Of a stretch of 64,000 bases of DNA, positions 35,401 to 44,400 are shown piece by piece. The stretch's first letter is position 1. Every line of letters begins with the position of its first letter. The DNA comes from Saccostrea echinata. Taxonomy: Eukaryota. The position numbers and the translations under genes are program-made. The notes below the pieces were generated by a model, which saw only the letters and a list, made by a program, of their open reading frames with translations, did not search any database and was not told the DNA's origin. Location of the stretch: the NCBI RefSeq assembly GCF_033153115.1, contig NW_026889769.1, positions 3,658,001-3,722,000 of the forward strand, written 5' to 3'.

Positions 35401-38400
35401 TGATGGCTTGAGCTTTAGATTTGCTTCTTGAAGTCTCGTAAAAATATTGGCTAAGCGCTGAAGGCCTTCCTCAAAAGTTGAACTGTAGGAAATTATGTCA
35501 TCCATATAGACTAAGCATTCAGTCCACTGTAGACCTTTCAGTACATTCTCCATAAGTCGCTCAAATGTAGACGGGACATTAACTAGACCAAATGGCATGA
35601 CTCGAAATTGGAAAAGTCCTAGTGTTGTTAAAAATGCAGTCTTCTCTTTGTCCTTTCCAGCCATTTCTATTTGCCAAAAACCTGAATTGAGGTCCATTGT
35701 TGAAAACCATTTGGCACCAGACAGAGAATCAAGGCATTCATCTATACGGGGCAATGGATAGGCATCTTTCACAGTTTTCGCATTCAACTGTCTGTAGTCG
35801 ACACATGCTCTAGTGGCTCCATTTTGCTTTGCTACTAAAACTAGATTTGATGCCCAGGCACTGGTGGATGGTTCAATTACACCTTTCTCTAACATGTTCT
35901 GAACTTCTCTTCTTTCAATATCTCTTTTTGCTATAGGTTGTCTTCTTAGGGGTTGTCTCACAGGCTTCTCATTTTCTGTATCTATCTTGTGTTTTATTAT
36001 ACCAGTGCAGCCAAGATCATCTGGTGTCTTAGAGAATACATCTTTGTGCTGTAAGAGTAGTTTGAAGAAAGCATCTTTCTGTTCTTGGTCTAGATTTATG
36101 GAACTTCTTTCAAACATGTCAAGGAGATGTTCTGGTAAATCTTTTTCAAGAGTTGTATTTTCCTTGGTATCCTTAAGAACTAAGACTCTCTGTGGTATGG
36201 TACCCTGATCCAGTAAATATGCATTTCTGCATTTACCAATTGTAGTTCTGGCTTGAAGTTTTACAGGTTCTTCTCCAAAGTTTACAATGTTTACATGTAT
36301 CTGATCAGACTGGGTATCTATCAAACCATCCAGTACTTGTATGTCATCACTGAAGGTGTTAAGTTGCTCTAGGAAGCCTATGTCGGTGAGGTCACCATTT
36401 CTGGTCAAAGCTACTGGAACCCAGACACCACAATTTGCAGGTATGGAAACTGTTTTCTTGACCTCCACATTTGTAGCTGCTTGATCATTGGCAATCCAGC
36501 ATTGAACAGTTGTCTTCTTGGTCTGAAGTGTTTTTGTTTTGTAGTTAATGTGATGACAATACTGCAAGAGGAAGTCTTGTCCGAGTATAGCAGGAAGATC
36601 CATGTCAACCACCAACAAGTCAACTGCATGTGGAACATCTTCTAGAGAAATGTAAAATCTTCCAATACCATGGACCGACAATGTATGACCATTCAAATCT
36701 TGCACACACATGTTTGAGGGTTGAAGATCAGGACACGACTCCTTCGGAATCTTCAGAAATTCCACATGTGACAAAAGTGATGCAGTAGAACCACTGTCTA
36801 GTAAAAAATTAACATCCACCCCACCCAGTGTTCCAGTAATATGGAAACCATTATCTGAGATATTTTTCTCTTTATTTAAAACCACCCCCCTAGAGTCATC
36901 AGAACTAGGTCTTGGCTCCTCCACCAGCTGTCGACCTACAAGGCTGATGGTCTCCCATTTCCCTGTTGGTAATTTTGTCGCCTTAGTACATCTTGATTTC
37001 TTCTCTGCCCAGGTCTTTGTTTGTCCAAATAAGGACAGTCTTTAATAAAATGTTTAGGTGAGCTGCAATGGAAACAGAGTTGAGGGGAAAACTTCTTGTT
37101 GGCTCTTTCCAGGCGGTCCAATCTGCTACTGATTTCTTGAATTAGTGAAGATGAATCAGGAGAGTTGCTTCTAGGCGCAGTAGAAGATGTTAACTTACTC
37201 ATCACTGGCACAGCTTGTGGAACATTAAATTCCTCATCATTTGTTTTAACAGCTCTAGCATGTTGTTTCTTTTTGTCATAGTTTTCACCAAGGATGGCTT
37301 CATATCTGTCAATTATATCAGCAGCTTCTGAAATGCTCTGACAATCTTTATCAATACATCTGCACTTCATCTCTACAGTTACCAGCTTGTAAAGGTGATT
37401 TAAAGCTAAGATTTCTTGAGCTTGCTCATCTAAATTACAGTAGGCTTTTTGAACCATCTGTCGGATATCATCACCTAGAGCAGCAGCACTCTCACCCTGT
37501 TGTCGTCTGCGTGATTCAAGCTTAGCTAACCATTTGTTCTGGTGTCTGGAATTTCCAAACCGCTGACTAAACTTGTTAATAAGGGCGTCAAAGGATCTTC
37601 TTTCAATCACAGATAAACTCATGTAAAATGTCCTGGCTTGGCCTCTCAAGCTTGCAGCAAGAAACAGTACTCTATCTCTCTCTGTCCACTGGCTTAGTTC
37701 TGCACAGTCATTGAAGTGTGAAATATACTCTTCCCAGCTTACAGTACCATCATAGGACTCTGGCTTCATCATGTAATTCACAGGTTGGATAGGGCTTGAA
37801 AACAGCTGAGGGGCAGGTCTACCAGAAAAACCACTATAGGTGCTTGGTGGTGGACCATGATTGTCTTCGTGTCTTTTTGGAGAAAATCTTTCATCATTGC
37901 TCGACTTCTGACGTTCATCATATGTGTCACCTTGACCACCATCATCAAATGTAACCGACTCAGGCACGCGTACCTCGACTTCATGATCAACCGACTCACC
38001 GGATTCTGACATCTTAAATTCTTTTTTTCGTCGTCTTAAATAAGTAGTAATGAATCTATTGTTAAATCTATGTCATCTTATCTTCTAAGACTTTAATGTT
38101 GTTAAACTACCACACTGGACGGCTCATGGGCTCGTATCAGGACACTAAAAAAATTTAGTATCCCACTTCTGACACCAGTTTGTAAGCTACCCAAGGGGTG
38201 GCTAGTATTTCTGAATCCTCAGTATGTATACAGGTCATTGCTTCATCATCTAAATAAATCATCTATTTACCAGGATGCACCAATTTAATTTGTTCTCATG
38301 TAAAATAGACCAGGCTCTTCTCTCTGTAGATACTTAGTGGAATAATACTTAAGATGATGATCAGTCATGCTTATCATTTATTGTACGTACAGCATCTCAT

Positions 38401-41400
38401 TATCATAACAATATAGGCAATACACAAGTAACAACATAAGAAAACATAGCTGATTCTTCAGAAACACAAGTTTAGGTCGTCCAGTGTGGTAGGAGATTTC
38501 TAACTAGGCTAATTACGTGTAATTTACATTATAAGTATCTCACCGTCTTAGCTTTCTTCTTTATCTTTTTAAATGTTGCCGCCGTACAACTAGCTGAAAT
38601 CTGTCGTAACGTAGTACGCGCTTGCTTATATAACCTCCTATCCCCTGTCACATGACACAAATTATCCAATGAAAATATGCCGTACGAACTATCAACCAAT
38701 CAACAGCTTGTACGGGAAGCTGAGTTCCCACACAAGTTCCCACACAGAACTACTTTTGCCACACAAGCTGCCGTACAATATCGTAACAAAAATAACAACG
38801 TAAAAATAACAACTGGAAATAGAATACATAAAATAAACTTGACTAGACGAATAAATTAATACCTTCAATGTTTATAAAACATTCCTAGGTTGTACAATAG
38901 GTACTAAACAAAGTAGCGTATGAATATCGTAACTACCAACGATAGCGTAAACAAATGTAGTTCCGATTAAGCTGACTGATAATAAAGTTAATGCTGACAA
39001 TAAAGGACTACTTATAGCCTCAAAATACACAACAACTCAAATTAAAATGTAGAATCTGATCCAATATTCATAACTTGAATCATAGATTACTATAGTAAAT
39101 ATGTCACTAAACCGGAAGTGACGATCCGAGTAAAGTATGATGGCTACCAAAACATGAAATGTAAAATCCACCCTCTTATCCCTGATATTATAAATCCTAC
39201 GACTTTACATGAAGCAACAACAGGTAAAATATGATGACAATAGCTATTTCTACAATCGTATCAAGATAGGCTGACATATTATTTTCAATAAAATCGTAAA
39301 TGAACAACTTTTCTGGCAGGCACATGATGAACATAGATTTAACAAGTAAGAGAACTGGACGACCGCACAATATTACGTATAAAATAAAGTGATATATTAC
39401 AATATATTACAATACTGTAAAATCATATATTTTCTTTGGGTCAAATTTTCATGGTTTGAGGAAAAAATATTGGTTCATGGGGATTTGATTTTGTGGTTGA
39501 AGAAGCGGTGAGTTGTTATAATTATATGTGAAAGTAACATTTCGTGGAAGAGATGAATTCTTTGGTTTCTTCATACCTTGAAAACAACAAAGATTTAACA
39601 GGTCGGGGAATCTACCTTATATGGATATTGTTGTCATTGCGCACAGCGGTGCTTACAGCCAACAGTCGTCCAATCCAGTGAATGAGCTGAAAAGCATGAT
39701 GATCTACTACATGTTTATATTTTACTACAAACACTTGGGTCAGGCAAATTTAGGACGCAATTTCAAATGACTGTGGGAAAGTCAACTAATAATTATTTTT
39801 AATGTTTTTGTGAAAAATACGAAGAATAGGTACTAATTAAGATTACCCATGCTCACGTTAACAAACAAAGTCAATTTTCCGTGTTAAATAGTACGTTGAA
39901 ATACCGCTCGCAAAGTCTTCAAAAGTAAATAAGAATCCAGTTTTTATAACTTGATAGTCGTAATTTTGCCATGCTACTGCTGTTATTCGTTGTTGCTTTG
40001 TTATTTGTTCACTAGAAATTTAAAGTTAATGCATTTATTAAAAAAAAAACCCATAAGTTTATTGCTGCACAGCATTTATTTTAAACAGTATTAATTCTCA
40101 TGTACATCGATCATAGAACGTGTATTGAGTAGCATATATATATCGTTGTAAACAATGACCACATGTGAGTACACCTCAGAGTCGATTATTTTGGACCACG
40201 GAATAGTCACATGAAATTCATATTCACTGATAGTACAGCACAGGAAAAGCAGCCAAACAATTGTAAACTTACGGACTTGTACAATGGAGTGTAGAAAACA
40301 GCCATTTTACCATTGTAAAACATCTGTATGTAAATGTGAGCATGGAGTTCGTAGATAATGATGTACAGATTGTATTAAGTGTGTTAAATGCTTGGATAAA
40401 TGCATCATGTCTTTCCGAAAGCGATTTGAAAAACTGGCCTTTTCGAAACGTACATGTAGTATTTTTTGTAGTAACCCATAATGCAACTCATTAAGCCGAT
40501 TGGACGGTTTGTCAGTCACGATGGTGCCTCATTTAGCATGTAAATTTATTACGTCACAGAAAATAGTTTCCTTGACCTGTTTAACCACCAAGAAAATTAG
40601 TGATTTCATGGTAAATATATATCACATGTTTACTCCTTTATACAGTAGGTATAGCTCACAGGATATCGTTTTCATATCCACAGTTGTGATGTCACAATTG
40701 TTTTTACGTGAATTTGATCAGGTCAAATATTGTGGATTTACATATAAATATAAGACAGTGTAAAACATGAAATGGCTTCATGTAAAACATGTGACAAAAA
40801 GAATCTCCCCTGGTTTGTGGTTTAATATATGTGATTTTTTAATCCAGTGAGTTGTGTTTTTATCCCCATGCCAAGGTTCAGGGATAAAAATACACAACTT
40901 GATGGATAAAAAAATCATTACAAACCAAGGGAGATCCTATATAGCATTATAGCACTTGTGAATGATTTCAGCTTCAGGCCTTTTTCCTTGTCGCAGATGA
41001 CATAATGGATAACTCTACAACAAGGAGAGGAAAACCATGTTGGTACAAAAAGGTACAGTACACCTCAAACATTCATTAAATACTAAAAGTTAAGATCTAA
41101 AGCTGCTGGAAAGTTGGGAATTGCTGAGAAACACAAAATTTGTCATTCATTCACATGTCAAGTTCACTCTAGTGAATCACTAGCTATCACATATTCCTGC
41201 AAAGCAAAATATTTGAATCCTGTAACTCTTTGAAAACCTTGTTAAAACTTTTGTCTATCTGATTGGAGATGTAAACTGATGTTAACTGAAGTGGTTGACT
41301 GTACATTTTAGGATGGAGTGGGGATAGTAGCAGTGAATGATGCTTTCTATTTAGAATCCTGTGTTTACCACATCATGCGTAAATATTGCAGAGACAAACC

Positions 41401-44400
41401 ATATTACATCAACATTGTAGACTTATTTCACGAGGTGGGTTTCTAAACTAACAATCAGAGTTTACTGCCTGTTCCTGTAGTTTTCCAAGCATTTATGCTT
41501 CATGTTACATATTTATATATATTTCAAATTACAATTTAGGCCATCTTTAAAATAATGTTTGTTTGCCCTCTCCCGACCCAGGGTAAAAAATTGGGTTGGT
41601 AGGTAGGTGGGAAAAATTTTTTTTCCTCAGAAAATTTCAGTATCAATTCTGAATTTTTAAAATATATTCAAGTTAAATTTATAATAAATACATTGTTTCC
41701 TGGAGGTTAAAAAAAGTTTTGAGTTGGACCGTTTTTAGCCAGTCGGTCAGTAGAGGGCAAACAAACAATTTTTTGAAGATGGCCTGGGTAAAAACATTAA
41801 ACTCTCCACAAGTCAGGGTGTGAGGTATAATTATCTCTTGGGATGGTCGTATCAGGGTTCTATGATAATTATTACTATCATCTAAATCTGTATGCACTCT
41901 TAAGCCCAAGAGTGAAACAGAGAATATACATGTATAGTAATAGAATTACTGAGGATAGTAAATCTCTGCACAGCCCTGATCAGTCTGATTAAAATCAAAC
42001 CTTCACTAGCTCCTTTTTATTTTGATTGTCAAAATAAAAAGGAGCTAGTGAAGGTTTGATTTTAATCAGACTGAACCCTGATAAACTCTCAATGACTAAT
42101 GCATATATGGTACATGTATAAAATAAGCCACTCAAATTTACTAGGATGAAATACTTCAACATATTTAACTAGATGTGTTTGTGAAGCACTGATGCCCCTG
42201 TATGGCAACTTATTGCAAAGGTTAAACTTTCTCAAATGCAAATCAAATATGTTGGTACCCAAAGTAAGGTCTTGTCTCAAGAAATATACCTGTGACATGT
42301 GAAAGCCCTAGCAGCAATCATTGAATAGATATGGAAAAAGTTACAGTTTTTCAAAAGTAAGTCAAACATCAAGGTCAAGTCAAAATTAATGGTGCCCAAG
42401 GAAAGGCCTTCTCACAAGAAATACACATTGTGGAATATGAAAGCTGCAGCACCAATCATTCAAAAGTTATGGCCAAGGTTAAAGTTTTTCAAAAGTAGGT
42501 CAGACTCCAATGTCAAGGTTGATGGATTACAATTGTTGGTATTCAAAGGAAGGTCTTGTCACAAGGAATAGACTTGTTAAATATGAAAGCCCTAGCACCA
42601 ACTGTTCAAAAGTTATGGCCAAGGTTAAGGTTTTCCAAAAGTAGGTCAAATGTCAAGGTCAAAGGATTAAAGTTGTTGGTATCCAAAGGCAGGTCTTGTC
42701 TAAAGTATTATATATGTGAAGTATGAAAGCCCTAGCACCAGCCGTTCAAAAGTTATGGCCAAGGTTAAAGTTTTTCAAAAGTAGGTCAAACTCCTAGGTC
42801 AAGGTCAAAGGGTCAAAGTTGTTGGTATCCAAAGGAAAGTCTTGTGACAAGGATTACATATGTGAAGTATGAAAGCCCTAGCACCAATTGTTCAAAAGTT
42901 ATGGCCAAGGTTAAAGTTGGGTAAAATTTTGCAAAACTTGGTTAAATTCCAAGGTCAAAAGGTCAAATATGATGGTACCCAAAGAAATTTCTTGTCACAA
43001 GGAATACACATATGAAATGTGAAAGCCATAGCTCCAAACAATCAAAAGTTATGGGCAATGTTGAAGTTTTTGCGGACAGTCCGATGGACGGGGTAAAAAC
43101 TTTATACACACGAATTTGCGATATGGGGGAATAAAAATGAAAGTATTCTCTCTCTCCTAGACAACCATGCAGACGGTGAGGGGTCAGTGCCTGGATATGA
43201 TCACAGCTCCCTCTGGTGGCAGAGTAGATTTCACAGACTTCACGGAAGACCGATACAATGCTATTGTCAAGTGGAAAACTGGCTATTACTCCTTCTATCT
43301 ACCTGTGGCACTGGCGATGTACATGGTAGGGAATACACATATTGTAAATAAAAGTATACATGTAACTGATGACCATTTGTGAAAGAGTGGCATAACTTAT
43401 TGCCATTCAGTATTTGTATAGTGTTATAACTGATTACCATTTTGTATTTGTAAAGTGGTATTACTGTTTTGTATGGTTTGTAAAGTGGAATACATGTAAC
43501 TGATAACCATAAGGGATTTGTAAAGTGGTACAACTGATGACTATTTCATATTTGTAGAAGGGTTTAACTGATAACCATTTGGTATTTGTAAAGTGGTAAA
43601 ACTGATAACCATTTGGTTTGAAGAGTGATATAACTGATTACCATTTAGTATTTGTAGACTAGTACATGTTTAACTGATTACATCTTTGCTAGCCAAGGGT
43701 TTCTGATACGCTACTCTCCTCATAAGCCCTTGGCCTACGGTGTTAAAAAAAAGTTTGGATTTTTTTCTCAAGTTGTGATTGGAGTTGATTGACATCGTTC
43801 GACCAATCATCATTTGATTTTTTGTAAATGACGATATCTGCGTTCGGGATATATCTTTACTCTTTAATCTCCGGAATGAAAAACGCAAGTAAACAACGAC
43901 CCGTGATATAACATGCCATTCTATGAATAGCTATGATGTCATCCAATATCTTAAGCTATGTGCAAAATATGTGATTAAGAATCTGTACTGAAGATGTAGA
44001 TTTGCACTTTAACATGTTAAAATAACAAATTAACATAACTCAATACCTTCTTGTTAATTATTCTTTAAAAAACATTTAATTTTTTTTAATACACTTTTTA
44101 TTTCTGTCGATGATGCAATCTGTGTGTACTTGTAAGAATCGTGATCATGTGACGAAAACAATCCCTTCTTTTGTCAGCACCATAGGCCAAGGGTTTATGA
44201 GGAGAGTAGCATATCAGAAATCCTTGGCTAGCGAAGATGAACTGATTAACGCTTTGTATTTGTAAAGGAGTATAATTGATTACCATTTTTGCATTTGTAA
44301 AGTGGTATAACTGATTACCATTTGGTATTTGTAGAGTGACAAAGGTGATGACCATTTGGTATTTTTTTAGTGTTATAACTGATTATGGTTAGGTATTTGT

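Larger units (their letters stand above)
30027..39411 (-). mobile_element. Full-length Ty3/Gypsy LTR retrotransposon (9385 bp) with gag, pol and an extra ORF3, in FPPS intron 2
   Basis: LTRs 30027-31257 and 38181-39411 (1231 bp each, TG...CA, identical by eye); TSD ATAC (30023-30026, 39412-39415); PBS and PPT present; domain order PR-RT-RH-IN. Confidence 0.98.

Noticed and set aside
31349-36638. Short ORFs overlapping ORF3 and pol, mostly on the opposite strand
   Set aside because: Shadow ORFs of long coding sequences, with no independent motifs.
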